Made by a program: the position numbers and the translations under genes. Below are positions 49,301-61,715 of a DNA stretch of 64,000 nucleotides, piece after piece; within the stretch, counting starts at the first letter, position 1, and every line of letters starts with the position of its first letter. The notes beneath the pieces were generated by a model, which was given only the letters and a program-made list of their open reading frames with translations, searched no databases and was not told where the DNA came from. This stretch comes from Carcharhinus amblyrhynchos (Eukaryota), in assembly GCA_965287045.1 (NCBI GenBank), contig OZ336889.1, positions 28,024,001-28,088,000 on the forward strand, written 5' to 3'.

Positions 49301-52300
49301 TTCCACAGGGATCAGTGCTGGGGTTGCAGAAGTGACAAGGATTGTCAAAAGTATCTTTCTTACATCCAGGATATAGATAAGATTGCAGACTTGGGCAAGG
49401 AAATGGCAGGTGAAGTTTAATCCAGACAAATGCAAAGTGATGTATTTTGGAAGATCAAATTCAGGTGTGAATTATACAGTAAATGGCAGAACCCTTAGAA
49501 GTACATCCAGATTTCTCTGTCAGTGCAAGTCCACAGATCCCTGAAAGTGGCAACACAGGTGGATGAGGTGGCCAAAAATGCTGACAGCATACTGGGATAT
49601 CAAGTATAACAGTTAGGCTGTGTTTGGAATATTGCGTACAGTTCTGGTCGCCACACTAACAGAACGATGTGGATGCATTGGAGAGGGTGCAAAGAAGGTT
49701 TACCAGAATGATGCCTGGTCTGGAAGGTTTTAGGTAGGAAGAGAGGTTGGAAAAACTCAGACTGTTTTCACTAAAAAGACAGAAGATGAGGGATAACCTG
49801 ATTGAAATCTATAAAATTATAAGAGGCATAGATAGGGTGGATAGTCAGAGGCTTTTCCTCAGGGTAAAGGATAGCCTAAAAAAAAGGAACAGGTTTAAGG
49901 TATGAGGTGATAAATTTAGGGCAGGTCTGCGGGGAAGGTTTTTCACATTGAGTGTGATGGAAGCAAGCATATTAGCGACTTTCAAGGTGCACCTTGCTAG
50001 ACACATGAATGGGAGATGAACAGAGGGATAGAAACCACATATCGGTGCAGGCTTGGAGGGCCAAAGGACCTGTTTCTGGTCTGTACAGTTCTGTACCTGA
50101 GCCTTCTCTTCAGCTGTGTAAATATTATTTCTCAGCTCTTGCATCCTCTTCTCACAGATGGAATTAATTACCTCAGTTATTATTTGATCAGCTATTACCT
50201 CTTGTTTAATTTCATTCAATTTTGTTACCATTTGCAAACTTAAGTTTTGTTTATTTCTAAGACATTGATCCTCCCCAGCAAGAGAACGCAATTAAATCTG
50301 TTTTGAACAGAATTTGTATTTTGTGCACCAAGAATAAATTATCTATTTCATAAATTACATTGTGTAATTCAGGATTAAACTTCACAGAAGGAGGGAAAAA
50401 AGTACTGGAATTACAAAGTAGACAGAGTACAGAAATCACCCCCCCCCCCACCGATATGTACAAGGCGAAAATAATAAAAAGGATGGATAATCTTCCTTCA
50501 GACAGTACAGAAATGGTAATAGCAAATTTCTGGGAACAAGGCAGTAAATTTATCGAGCTAGGTGAATTATGAAAGTAGGCACAAAGGTTGAGAGAATGGG
50601 TAGGGAATAGAAAACCTGAAAAGCACGTGTGCATAAAAACATACAAAATATTTATATCAAAGTCTGATAAAGCACAACGCCACATAGCTCACTGCAGCAC
50701 TGATGTACTCAATAGAACTTGTATTGAAACTCACCCCTTCCTTCTTGTTCTGCCAGAGGAGTTTACGTTTCTTCTCTTGCTCTGCAAACTTCATTGGGTT
50801 GACGGCAGTCGGGTTGTAGTAACTAGGCACAGCTATACCAGTTTCAGCCAGTGCCTTGGCTTGGAGGGCTGCCATTTGTGCAGCCATTGCAATCTGAGGT
50901 GTAACTTGAGTACCAGATGCCAGGAGAGCAGCAACATTGAGAACCGATCCACTACTAACTGTTAAGAATATCAGAAATATAATTATGTACATTTATTCAG
51001 ACAAATCCAATTCTGAATAACTTAAATATCTGCATACTCAGTTAACTTAACTTGATGTATATTTAAGAGGGATAGTCAGAGTGACTGTTCCTGAGTTCAA
51101 GGCAGCATTTGACAACTGTGTGGCACCAATCTGAGTAAAAAGTGAAACTCTCCATTAGCTGGAGTCACACCTTATGCAATAGATGACAATGGTTGCTGGG
51201 GACTAATCATCTCAAGTCCCAGACCATTGCTGAAAAGGTTTATCTGAACAATGTCTATCACAACACTATCTTCTTCATCAATAACCCTCCCCCACCACAA
51301 GATTAAAAGTGATATTTGCTGCTGATTTCACAAATAACGTATGAAAAGGAGCAAGCCATTCAGACCATCATGCCTGCTCCACCATTCAGTACAATCACGG
51401 CTGATCGGACATTTCAACGTCTTTTACATACAACAACAATAATGGAAAGGGTTATGGGGATAATCAGAAATAAATCCAATTTCTACCTTAAATGTGCTCA
51501 ATGACTGAGCTTCCACTGTCCTCAGAGGTAGAGGTTCCAAAGATTTACAACCCTGTTTAAAGAAATTCCCCTTCATCCCAATCCTAAATGACTTCCCCTT
51601 ATTTTAAAATTGTCACTCCTGGTGGTAAACTCCCCATCAAGGGAAACATCTGACCTGCATCTACCCTGTCAATTCCTTTAAATATTTTGTAAGTTTCAAT
51701 GAGATCACCTCTCATTCTTCAAAACTTTAGAGAATATAGACCCAGTGTGTCCAATCTCCCTTCATCAGAAAGTCCTGCCAGAACAAGTCAGGTGAACCTT
51801 TTTGCACTCCCTCAATGGCAATAATACTCCTTCTGAGGTAAGGGGAACAAAACAGCACACACTACTCCAGACGTGGTTCAATTCCATTCGTAATTTTGCA
51901 CATAAGGGGGCAATCCGCTGTAGGCCAGATATGGGCTTGGACTAATAACTGGCTGATGCCATTCACACTTGAAAAAGAGTAATTACTGTCCTGAACCCCA
52001 ATCGTCAACTTCCAAAGCAGGTCATTACTTCTCAGTAACTGAACTCTCCCAGCCAAACAAATGTCTTGTCTAATAGAGTAGCCAAAGAATGGGTCACCTC
52101 CTGACTCCTCTAACCCTATCTACCAGCTACAAGGAACATATCGGGCGTGTATGGAATGCTCTCCCTTTTGCTTGAATTGGTGAAGCTGCATAACACTCAA
52201 CATAACTGAAACCACTCAAGGTAGATCAGTCAGTCAATATGACTGGTACTTCATCAAATAATCTAATCATGTCATGGCTGCAGTGCACATTATACACAGG

Positions 52301-55300
52301 ATGCATTACATGTCACAGTTTCCTTGACAGCACCAAGCATACAGGTCACCTCAGCTAAGGACAAGGATGGCAGGTGCACAGGATCACCACCTCCACATCA
52401 CATACCATAATGTTTTGGACATGCATTCTGTTCCTTCAGCATTTGAGCCAAAATCCTATAAAGTACTGTGGGAACACTTGCACCATGACTTTCTTGAATC
52501 AACTAGGCATGAGCAGCAAATGCTGGCCACACTATTGATACCCACATCTCAAGAATTAATTTGAAAAGGGAGAGAAGGAATTTAGATGCTCATGTGCACA
52601 AATAACTAGAAGTTAATGAACAGGCATAAAAAGGCTGATGGAATGTTGGCCTTTAACTCAAGGGAGTTGGAATGCAAAAGTAAGAAGTGATGCTTCAGTT
52701 ATACACAGCCTTGTTCTGATCCCATCTGGAATACGGAATTCAATTTTGGGTACCAAGCTGCTGGAAAGATATACTGACCTCAGATGAGGGTAAAGGGCAG
52801 ATACAATGATTTATACTGGGATTTAAAGGATTAACTTAAAAAGCTATGTTGTTTTGATTAGTTTGCGTTTTACATTTATAAAATTGAATGATCCAAATGA
52901 AGTCTTTAAAATTATAAAAAGTGGTTTACAAAGGTAGACACAGAAACCATTTTCTCTAATGGGCAATGATGAGATGGTGGCATAATCTTAAAATGAAAAC
53001 ACCAGCATTAGCCAAAAGCTGAAGATTGAGCTGATAGTGAGGAACTAAGATGAAAAATGACAAGTGTTTCTGATTAAAAACTTGGTTTTTCCTAACATTG
53101 TTTTCTAGGACAGCAAACAGAATAACACAAATTGCACCTGGTTGAGAGTTCTACACTCAATCAACAGCTCCCTTACAAGTCAAAACTAAACAATTAATCA
53201 CATAAAGGAAGCTCAGGCAGCTGGAGTATTTTGAAATTAAATGCAAATGTGGTTGCAAAATGATATACTTTGCTAATAGATATTAAGTTTTCCAACCTGT
53301 TGGCTGGTTGACACTTCCAAGTGATCCATTAGTTGTATCTGTTGAAAATAAATAGTACTTATTTTCCAGCAGTTTTTTTTTCAAAATCTAATTTTAAATA
53401 TTACTGCAGTTTCTGTTTTGCATGCACATTAATTCCTGATATCTGCATTTGGGCAAATATGGTCAAGAATACGAAGCGATACTTGAGTATTTATTGCTCC
53501 AAGGTTAAGACGTTACTTCTTTTACCTCACACAACCACGTCTGCTAAACGCCTCCAAGTCAGTAACAACATTCACCATCATTAAATTTTACTACTTTCAG
53601 GCTCCAATTTTAAATTCTTTTAGAAAGAATGGGATCAGGGGAAGTGTAAACATAAATATTAATGACCATGGACCCTTCTATTTATATTTCATGAAGTACC
53701 ACACATTAAATTAACTCAAATCTCATGCATAAATTCGAAGTTCAAACACATTTTAAATGACTAGCTTGGGAATTAACTCACAGCAGTATAAAAGCCATGG
53801 TTACAGTTTTTAAATATAATGCAACCATATGCAGCAAAGAATTTACAGGAGTAATGTGCTATAATTTTATCTTTCCTTTTAATTATATTGCACAAAGATG
53901 TGAGTTCACTCCATAATTGAAGAACTAACTACAATGACACATCCATGCCCCCTGCTTCCAAAGCTAAGTTACAACTCTTGAGGACGAAATACAATTCCCA
54001 TGATGTGGATTGCTGTAGAAAAGCCTCGTTAGTCATTTATTTTCCTGCAGCCGGAGATCCACTGCACTGATGGGATTTAATTACTGCTGTGGAAGCCTAC
54101 AACTACCGGAGGAGTTTGCTTTCTGATTTCAAGAGTACTATGAAGCCAATCTGACAAAGTAATTGTTTGAAATGCCAATTGTTGCAGTGAAGTGGAAACT
54201 GCTTTGCTGCAATTGCATAAATATCCTCCATCTTCTGCTTCCCAATCTCAAAACACAATATTTCACAAACATTTGACCTGGATATGATTTGTTTTATATT
54301 TATTTGATGTAGTTGTTCATTTCTACTTGAAGTTCTGCAAACCTTAAAATTAGCACACTGTACATACATTCAGTAATTAATTGCACAAAAAATTAATTAC
54401 CTGCAACATCCGGTTGCTCCACTTTCTGTTTCTCCAGTAATTCTTTTTCTTTTTGCTCTTGAAGCTTCTTGGCTCTTTCAAGCCTGTGATTCAAAGAATT
54501 AGTTAATTCTGACTGCCAGTGGATCTACACTTCTGTCTTGACAACTAAACAATTCTCTTCCATAGTTATTGCAGGCTTCATATAAGGCTTAGCACAGTTT
54601 TTATTTACCTTGGCTAGTGAATTATATTTTTAGTTAAATGCACACAGGAATGGATGGATGGGGGTTAGCTACCCTCTGTCTGTAAAAGATGAACTTTGCC
54701 AAATAGCTGAACTGGGCAAATGGAATACCTCTGACATTACAGTACCTTTAGGAGATGTTATTCTTTAAAATCATATTCTTTGCAGCTCTCAGTGTTGGCT
54801 GAGTTGTCAATTTAAGCCCTTTTATTGCTCCTTCAGTGGTTTAAATAAGGTTTGTTTATTGACCCTGCATTGTTAGGAGGAAGGTCATGTGTTCTGGACA
54901 GTTTTTTCTTCTTCCTAGTAAATTTAAGGCTTTTTTTAAGCTGCAGAGTTAGTTTTAGAAGGGACATCAGATTGAAAGCAATGTCTCTCTCTCTCTCCTG
55001 GTTTTGGAATTCTGCTAGTTAGCTGAAAGCAAGGCTTCTTACTTTCCTGGAGTAAAGAATCTGTTGTTGGTGGCTTGACCAGATTCTCTCCCTGTTGTTC
55101 TGGAAGGCTGTTCTGACTTCAAACTGTACTGGGTGTATCCAGAGGGTAGAAGTTACAAGGCTGAGAAGTCAGGATTTTCAATTCTCCAACCAAAGGATTC
55201 AATTCTAGTATCTGTGAGCATTAGTCTATGCTGTGTTAAACCTGTGGAAGGATTGTGTGTGGGTTTTGTTTGATTGGAACATCTTAGATATATTTGTTTA

Positions 55301-58300
55301 GGGTTACACATTATTGTGATTATTTTGTTTTTGTTTGTAATTGATAAAAAGTTCATTGCTAATTTTCTTTCCACTCGTTAACTATATTCTTAAATAAACT
55401 TTGTTTGATAAAAGCTTCCCAGTGGGTCATTTGAATCATACACGAGGTGAAGCATATCATGCTTATCTTAGTCAAATTCAAGGTGCAAATCATATGATCC
55501 AGATGGGTTCCAAAAAACTTTGGAGTTTCTGACCTGGATCATAGCATACTACATAAATACCCAGTTTCATATATTAATTTTGCAGCACAAATACTGGCCT
55601 AAAGTGATCAGATTCAATTTGCAGCAAGATATATTGTTTGTCAATAATGTTTGGCCAGACATGGAAATCAGAAATGTGTAATGGTTATAGGGTATATTTC
55701 CTCAGTTTTGCGGTTCATTGTTTCCCAACATGATATACTATCACAGATCGCACGTGTAAATGTTTCAATTCAGAAGGAGCATGAGTTTGCCTGTGGAAGC
55801 TGAATTTATAATATGCACAAGTAGCTACAGTGCTTCTAAAATGTATCCAATGTACTTTATGAAAAATAATCCCTTTTTCATAACCAACACTAATCTAAAT
55901 TTAATTTCTTTCTGGGAGGGTTCTGAGTAAAGCTGTCTAAACAGATAATACTTTACAGTAGTTAAGTTGTAGCAATTAAATGAAAATCCGATAGTATTAA
56001 ATTCTTAAAAACTAACCAATGAATAGAAAACATTGAATAAACTGGCTGGCTTCAAGACCAAGATTGTGATTGCAGTAGAGAGGGTGCGGAGGAGATTCAC
56101 CAGCATGTTGCCTGGGCTGGAGCATTTCAGCGATGAAGAGAGGTTGGCAAGGCTGAGGTTGTTTGCCTTAGAGCAGAAAAGGCGAAGGGAGGGACAACAT
56201 TATCAGTGATATAGATAGAACGGAACTTTTCCCCTTAGTAGAGGGGGCAATAGCCAAGGAGTTTAGATTTAAGAACATAAGAACATAAGAAATAGGAGCA
56301 GAAGTAGGCCATCTGGCCCTTCGAGCCTGCCCCGCCATTCAATAAGATCATGGCTGATCTGTCGTGGCTCAGTTCCACTTTCCCGCCCTCTCCCCATAAC
56401 CCTTAATCCCTTCTCTTATCAAAAACCCATCAACCCGCTTCTTAAAAATATTTAGCGAGGCAGCCTCCACCACTTCAACGGGCAGAGAATTCCAGAGATT
56501 CACCACCCTTTGAGTGAAGAAGTTCCTCCTCAACTCCGTTCTGAACCGCCCCCCCTTTATCTTGAGGCTGTGCCCCCTAGTCCTACTGTCTTTTTTGAGC
56601 GGGAAGAGTCTCTCCACCTCTATCCTATCCATCCCATTCATCATCTTATACGTCTCAATGAGATCTCCCCTCATTCTTCTAAACTCTAACGAGTACAAGC
56701 CTAGTTTATTCAGCCTCTCCTCATAGCTCAACCCCCTCAACTCCGGTATCAGCCTAGTAAACCTCCTCTGCACTCCCTCCAAGGCCAAAATATCCTTGCG
56801 CAGGTGCGGCGCCCAAAACTGCACACAGTACTCCAGCTGCGGCCTCACCAATGCCCTATACAGCTGCAGCAAGACCTCCCTACTTTTATATTCAATCCCC
56901 CTCGCTATGAAGGCCAGCATCCCATTCGCCTTCCTGACCACCTGCTGCACCTGCACGCTGGGTTTTTGCGACTCATGCACAAGGACCCCGAGGTCCCTCT
57001 GCACCGTCGCCTGCTGCAGTTTTTCGCCACGTAAGTAATAGTCCTTCCTACCATTCTTCCAAGAGATATAATGGGGATTCAAGAAAACTCTCTTTCACCC
57101 AGAAGGTAGTGGGAACCAGAAGCTGACTGTCTGTAAAAGGTGGTAGAGGTAGAAACCCTCAATATTTAAGCATTCAGATGAGCACTTGAAACGCCACAGC
57201 ATACAAGACTATGGACTAAGTGTGGGGAAAATGGGATTAAAATAGACGGGTGCCTGACGGCTAGTGCAGACACAATGGGCCGAAGTACCTCTTTTTTTGT
57301 GCTGCAAAACTATGACTCGAGCAGCAGGCTCAGCTAAGTCAGATCACAAGCTGTAAAAAAATGGATGATAGATAACTCAGTGCAAATACTTCCACAATGA
57401 AATTGCTATATACCAAAACATTGTGCATTGCAAACTCACTTTAAAATGACTCATTTAGTTTACCATCGCTGCTGCTGGTATGCACTCATTTGTAAACTGA
57501 ATACAATCAGCCTACAATAATAACGCAACAAATTCAGATAGTTAATCTGAATCATTTGACATGATGCTTTTCACATTCGGGGCAATTTAAGAACTCACTA
57601 ATGAACAGCTATACGTAGCAATGCCTTGTAGGTTAAAAACAGCTATTTTGGACTTGGACATTAGAAAGAAATTCATACTTGCTTGCTACTGCTAGCTGAG
57701 AAGTTCTGCGTTGAAATTAAGTAGCACAGACATTCTCAAATCAAGTGAAAGAATTTTTCTGGAATGTAAGAGATTGACTTGTCAATCACAACAGAATGTA
57801 ATGTGTAAGTGTTGCTAACTGAGAAGTTCCTTTTTGGCTAATGCTACAAATTTGCAGACAAAAAGACTGAGGGGAAAAAAAATTTTCATACAGCAATAAA
57901 TTTCACATCTATGATCCAAAAACACAAGATAAAATGTTTGAAATCCCAGTGTAGCTAAATGACCACCTTTATGCGCATATGTAACTGTAACACACTCACA
58001 GCTTATTTGGCTCGTCTTCTGGCCAGAAGCAAGGCCAATCAGTGCTGATAAAGATAAGAGAAATGGGGCAAACAGGGCTTGCTCCCCCCCTTTAAAATGC
58101 TGTGAAATAAAACTCAAATAATCAACTCCTTGTGGTACAATCAGCTATTTAACCTTCTAGTTTTAAAGCAAGCTGCCTCCGCACATAATTTTAAATAAAT
58201 AAAAAACAGGGTTGAATTAAGCCAAACAGAAATCAAAACCAAAGTTAACTAATTAAAAATAAGAAACAAAATACCTTCGAGCCAATGCTTCCTGAGCATC

Positions 58301-61300
58301 CATGGCAGCATTGCGACCCCTAAATGCTGGAGGAGTCCGACTACGACTTCTGCTTCTACTGAACTTGCGTTTTCTTTTTTCTCTGTAATATAAGTACTCA
58401 TTTAGGATTTAATTTATTCAAATGGAAATTCATTGTCCTTATCTGATTTTTATAAACCACAATGATCTAAAACAATAAAAATGGAACAACTTTCATAATC
58501 ACAATCTCCAACTATTCTTTATAGTTCACTTGTGTTTTACATTTCTGGATTTAATCAAATAATGCTTAACTAAACAGATGTGGAATTTTACTTAAAAAAC
58601 TATGATGCCCAACCAAGTGATGAATTAGTATCCATTGACCATTACTTCTGAATACTTTCCCCAAGTAATCTTTCAAATTATTCATGTGCACTCAAATTTT
58701 AAGTAATTGTAGTTCAGGTTCTTTGGCTCGATTTTTCTTTCTACAACACCAGCAAGATTGATTAATAACTTGCCAATTTCTAACTCCAGTGCTCCCAGAA
58801 AATTTCAATGTATATTCTAAATGTCATTGTTTGTTTCTTTATGTTTTTGTTTATAAGAAATTACATTTTCTAATACAGGCAACTGAATGTGACATTTTTC
58901 TGGAGTTTGCATATTCGTTCTCCATGTCTATGTGGGTTTCCTTCAGGTACTCCAGTTTCCCACAGTCTGAAAGATGTGCTGGCTAGGTGCGTTGACCCGA
59001 AGAGGTGCCAGGGTGTGGCGACTAGGGGAAATTCACAGTAACTTCATTGTAATGTTAATGTAAGCTTTACTTGTGAATAATAAATAAACTTTAAATCTGT
59101 TGAATAAAACATGAGAGCGCGCTAGAAGTGTGAACAGGAAAAGGGTACCCCGGGTCCTGCAGGAGAAGCAAAGGGTTTCTGGATTTGGCAGTGGTGGAAA
59201 AAACAAGATCCTTATCAGGGAAGGGGCTCAGGAGGTCACAAAAGCAATTGACTTTTTTTGATCATTCAGGCTCTTCAATACCCCCCAAACCTGATCATAA
59301 ACTCTTTTCTGGTACAGAAGGAACTATTTTCCATCCTCTGTTGGTTTTGTTTTTATGTTCTTGCCTTAAATGATTTACACACATATTTGACTTTTTTTTA
59401 AATATTTGGGATGAAAGGTTACAGGCAGAGAATGCAGTAAAAACACTAGCTATTAAGTGATAATGCTGACTTATATGGTCTTCAACAAATACATTTCTAT
59501 CAGGAAACAAAAATGATCAAAAACAAGTTCATTTAAGTTGTAGAATTATGAAACAGGAGGTCAGCACTTGGGTCACTGTTCCCCTGCTGGTCCTTAGAAG
59601 GAGCCAACCAGTTAGTCTTTCTCATTCCCCACTGTCTACTAATTATTCCCCTTGAAATATTCATCCAATTCCTGTTAAAAAAATTATTATTGAATTTGCA
59701 TCAAGGGGCAGGCACTTGAATTTCAGGGAATGCATTCCAGAACATAACTTGTGTGTAACATTTTCGCTCCTCATACTGCCTCTTCTATTTTGCCAATTAT
59801 CTTAAATCTATGCCCTGTGATTAATGATCCCTCTGCCACTGTTTTGCTCATCCTTCCACGTAATTGAACTCTCTCGGCACTGACAGAAAATGAGTAAATC
59901 CTCCGCTGCATCCTTAGGAAGAACAGCAAGGCCTTCGAAAAGTCCAGTGCAAGAATGGGTCACAATAGACCAGTTGTGATCTAGCTAATGTGTTATAAAG
60001 TTTTAGTAGAATTTTTGGCTTCTGCACTCTATGGTTCAAAAATATAGTCAGGGATCCTGCAGACCTTTTAAAACTGCTTTCTCAACTTGCCCTGCCACTG
60101 CCTGAAACTGAAATGTTTCTCCTTACCCTAGCAAAAGTCCTACTGCTCTGAAGAGAAACCTAGTTTCTCTAGTCTGTAGAGACTAGACATTAGATGATTT
60201 AAGTCTTTCACTTCTTGCGCCTTTCTAGTAAATTTTTTCCATACCCTCTTCTCAGGCCTCTGCATTCTTTGTAAAGTGCATCTCACATCAAAACAATAAC
60301 ATTTAGTTTTGTCTCTTCCCATTCTTTCAACCAAACTAAAATCAATTCATATTTTCTCTGCATTAAATTTCATCCATCATGCTGGCCCATTTCACCAGTC
60401 TGTTTCTGCTGGAATCTGTTACTATCCTCCTTACATTTTAAAAACTAATTTAGAGGTTGTGGGCTGAGCCAGGATTTATTGTCCATCCTGGTTACCTTAG
60501 TTACTGTTCATGCATTAGTTAATCTCAGCCACTCCAACAACAGGAGGTAAAAAAAAAATCGCCCCATAGGTGCAGTTGATTAGGGAAGTAAATACCCATA
60601 TTTCTCACTCCTGCCCACTAAACACACACTTTCACACAATGTGATACAGGATGAGGTTTAGCTGCAAATCAACATTTACTGAAAGAGCTCAAATTACAGG
60701 TAAGCATTTCCATCAAATACAAGCAAAATGCTGATTCACTCCATTATTGAAGTGCAGATTTTGACCAGAAAAGGCACGAGAAAATTTAATAAGAAAATAT
60801 ATTTTAAATAGGTTGGAAATTGTTTATACTACAGGGGGATAAAAAAAAGGACAATGAACTTACTTGCTTCGGCTTCTACTTCTGTGCATCCTGTGCCTCG
60901 ATCGTGATCTTGAACGTGATTTTAGACGCCGTTTTTTCTCTCTGCTTCTTGAACGCCTACCCCGGCTCCTCGAGCGCCTGCCTCGGCTCCGAGACCTCCT
61001 GCCCCGACTCCGAGATCTCCTGCCCCTGCTCCGAGATCGCTTGCCCCTGCTCCGAGATCGCCTGCCCAGGCTGCGAGACCGCTTGTCCCGGCTCCTTGAA
61101 TGCCTGTCCCAGCTTCTTGAGCGTTTGTCCCTGCTTTTTGACCGCCTGTCACGGCTCCGAGACCTCTTTTCTTTGCTTCGTGAACGTGACCTCTTCTTTT
61201 CCCGACTCCGGTGCCGCCTAACAGAAAACATTAGACACAATGTATACTCAGGTTTATATAGAAGAAAACCAGTCATTCACCTGAAAACCATCTTAACTGC

Positions 61301-61715
61301 ATATTCCTGTGGAAACCATGCAACGGCAGCATTCAACTGAAAAATACAGCCATTATATTTAGAAGCTTTGAGAAGTGCCAAAATGGCTGGTTCCATATCA
61401 GGTAGATGCATTACTTTTCAACATCATATTCTAGAAATGAGGCAAAGACATTGTCCCAATCAGTAGACTAAGCAGACTGGAAATTTATCTGAACATTAAA
61501 ATCACTAAAGCCAGTAATTCTTGCCTTTCTCTGGACCTTGATCTTGAATAACTTTGAGCTTTTGAAGGTTTCTTATCTTTCCGTTTTGGTCTATCTTCTC
61601 CATTTTCTGTTGAACTTAATCTTTCCCTTCCTTTGTCATGTTCTTTGTCACTTTGCTGATCAGAAGATTTTTGTTTTTTGGTGGCACTTTTCTCTTTTAA
61701 GTCCCGTCTTTGTTC
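43128..61715 (-). CDS. RSRC2: Arginine/serine-rich coiled-coil protein 2, 3' part (7 coding exons; 5' exons lie beyond the window end)
   Basis: Exons 61525-61715, 60864-61217, 58275-58382, 54401-54483, 50735-50958, 46266-46355 and 43128-43310 join in phase. Diagnostic peptides: MDAQEALARRLERAKKLQEQ, VLNVAALLASGTQVTPQIAMAAQMAA, LDAQYEMARSQTHTQRGMGLGF. Confidence 0.96.
44380..45620 (-). mobile_element. L2-clade LINE fragment
   Basis: Degenerate RT C-terminus (FVTIGLDYSSA in ORF 44839..45084) and an L2-type 3' end; similar sequence at 8900-9500. Confidence 0.65.
45641..45987 (+). mobile_element. SacSINE-like SINE
   Basis: Same head, core and tail as the 19.8-kb copy. Confidence 0.8.
46266..46355 (-). 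CDS. RSRC2: RSRC2 exon (DKSQTAELWEKLNFGNKDQNVKFRKLMGIK)
   Basis: SMAP-type C-terminal motif; AAG acceptor and GTGAGT donor. Confidence 0.95.
47040..47650 (+). mobile_element. Old CR1 LINE fragment
   Basis: Degenerate RT C-terminal sequence (TTGGAGAGGGTGCAGAAAAGATTT and similar). Confidence 0.65.
47700..48200 (+). mobile_element. Penelope-like element endonuclease C-terminal remnant
   Basis: IKQHVPS...DSAIEQHWLNNPQCAKNYTD and GPALCRQKEHV motifs. Confidence 0.7.
49105..50095 (+). mobile_element. CR1 LINE RT and 3' fragment, degenerate
   Basis: MDFGKAFVKIPHGRL motif, GTTCCACAGGGATCAGTGCTG and GAGAGGGTGCAAAGAAGGTTTACC. Confidence 0.85.
50735..50958 (-). CDS. RSRC2: RSRC2 exon (SGSVLNVAALLASG...KRKLLWQNKKEG)
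   Basis: Inside ORF 50657..50992; CAG acceptor and GTGAGT donor. Confidence 0.95.
51340..51880 (-). mobile_element. Old CR1 3' fragment
   Basis: Degenerate version of the 25.2/56.3-kb element (TCAATGAGATCACCTCTCATTCTTC). Confidence 0.75.
52575..53000 (+). mobile_element. Old CR1 fragment
   Basis: AAGGCTGATGGAATGTTGGCCTTT...CATCTGGAATAC, matching KANGMLAF...HLEY. Confidence 0.6.
54401..54483 (-). CDS. RSRC2: RSRC2 coiled-coil exon (LERAKKLQEQKEKELLEKQKVEQPDVA)
   Basis: CAG acceptor and GTAATT donor; in phase. Confidence 0.93.
54580..55545 (+). mobile_element. LTR-like element (probably solo LTR), related to 13009-13604
   Basis: Shares TGATAAAAGCTTCC and GTTTCTGA.CTGG blocks; internal AATAAA; ends in CA. 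Confidence 0.55.
56070..57320 (+). mobile_element. Older CR1 3' fragment split by the young CR1 insertion
   Basis: GAGAGGGTGCGGAGGAGATTCACCAGCATGTTGCCTGG before the insert; TTCACCCAGAAGGTAGTGGGA and a CR1 tail after it. Confidence 0.75.
56274..57061 (-). mobile_element. Young 5'-truncated CR1 LINE, same family as the 25.2-kb copy
   Basis: ORF 56369..57082 is an uninterrupted ORF2 C-terminus, near-identical to 25184-25850. Confidence 0.92.
58275..58382 (-). CDS. RSRC2: RSRC2 exon (EKRKRKFSRSRSRSRTPPAFRGRNAAMDAQEALARR)
   Basis: CAG acceptor and GTATTT donor; conserved peptide. Confidence 0.93.
58895..59092 (+). mobile_element. V-SINE fragment
   Basis: V domain plus the CACAGTAACTTCATTG...AATAAATAAAC tail also seen at 35180, 26025 and 28660. 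Confidence 0.7.
60864..61217 (-). CDS. RSRC2: RSRC2 RS-domain exon
   Basis: TTTTCTGTTAG acceptor, GTAAGT donor; RS dipeptide-rich. Confidence 0.93.
60945..61175 (-). repeat. Coding tandem repeat, 11 x 21 nt (7-aa unit, xxRSRSR-like)
   Basis: Plus-strand units such as CTCCGAGATCTCCTGCCCCTG and CTCCGAGATCGCTTGCCCCTG recur with exact 21-nt period. Confidence 0.9.
61525..61715 (-). CDS. RSRC2: RSRC2 exon (EQRRDLKEK...DKGRERLSSTENGEDR...SRSRSRER)
   Basis: CAG acceptor with an alternative AAG acceptor 22 nt upstream; GC donor AG|GCAAGA. Confidence 0.88.

Noticed and set aside
56369-57082. 237-aa ORF (and the 193-aa ORF at 25275-25856) as host genes
   Set aside because: They are CR1 ORF2 C-terminal fragments.
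60945-61175. Regularly spaced repeats as a CRISPR-like array
   Set aside because: Contiguous coding tandem repeat without unique spacers, in a vertebrate gene.
60820-61340. 133-aa and 158-aa plus-strand ORFs with Leu/Arg or Cys repeats
   Set aside because: Antisense frames of the RSRC2 RS repeat stay open because of codon composition; no independent gene signals.
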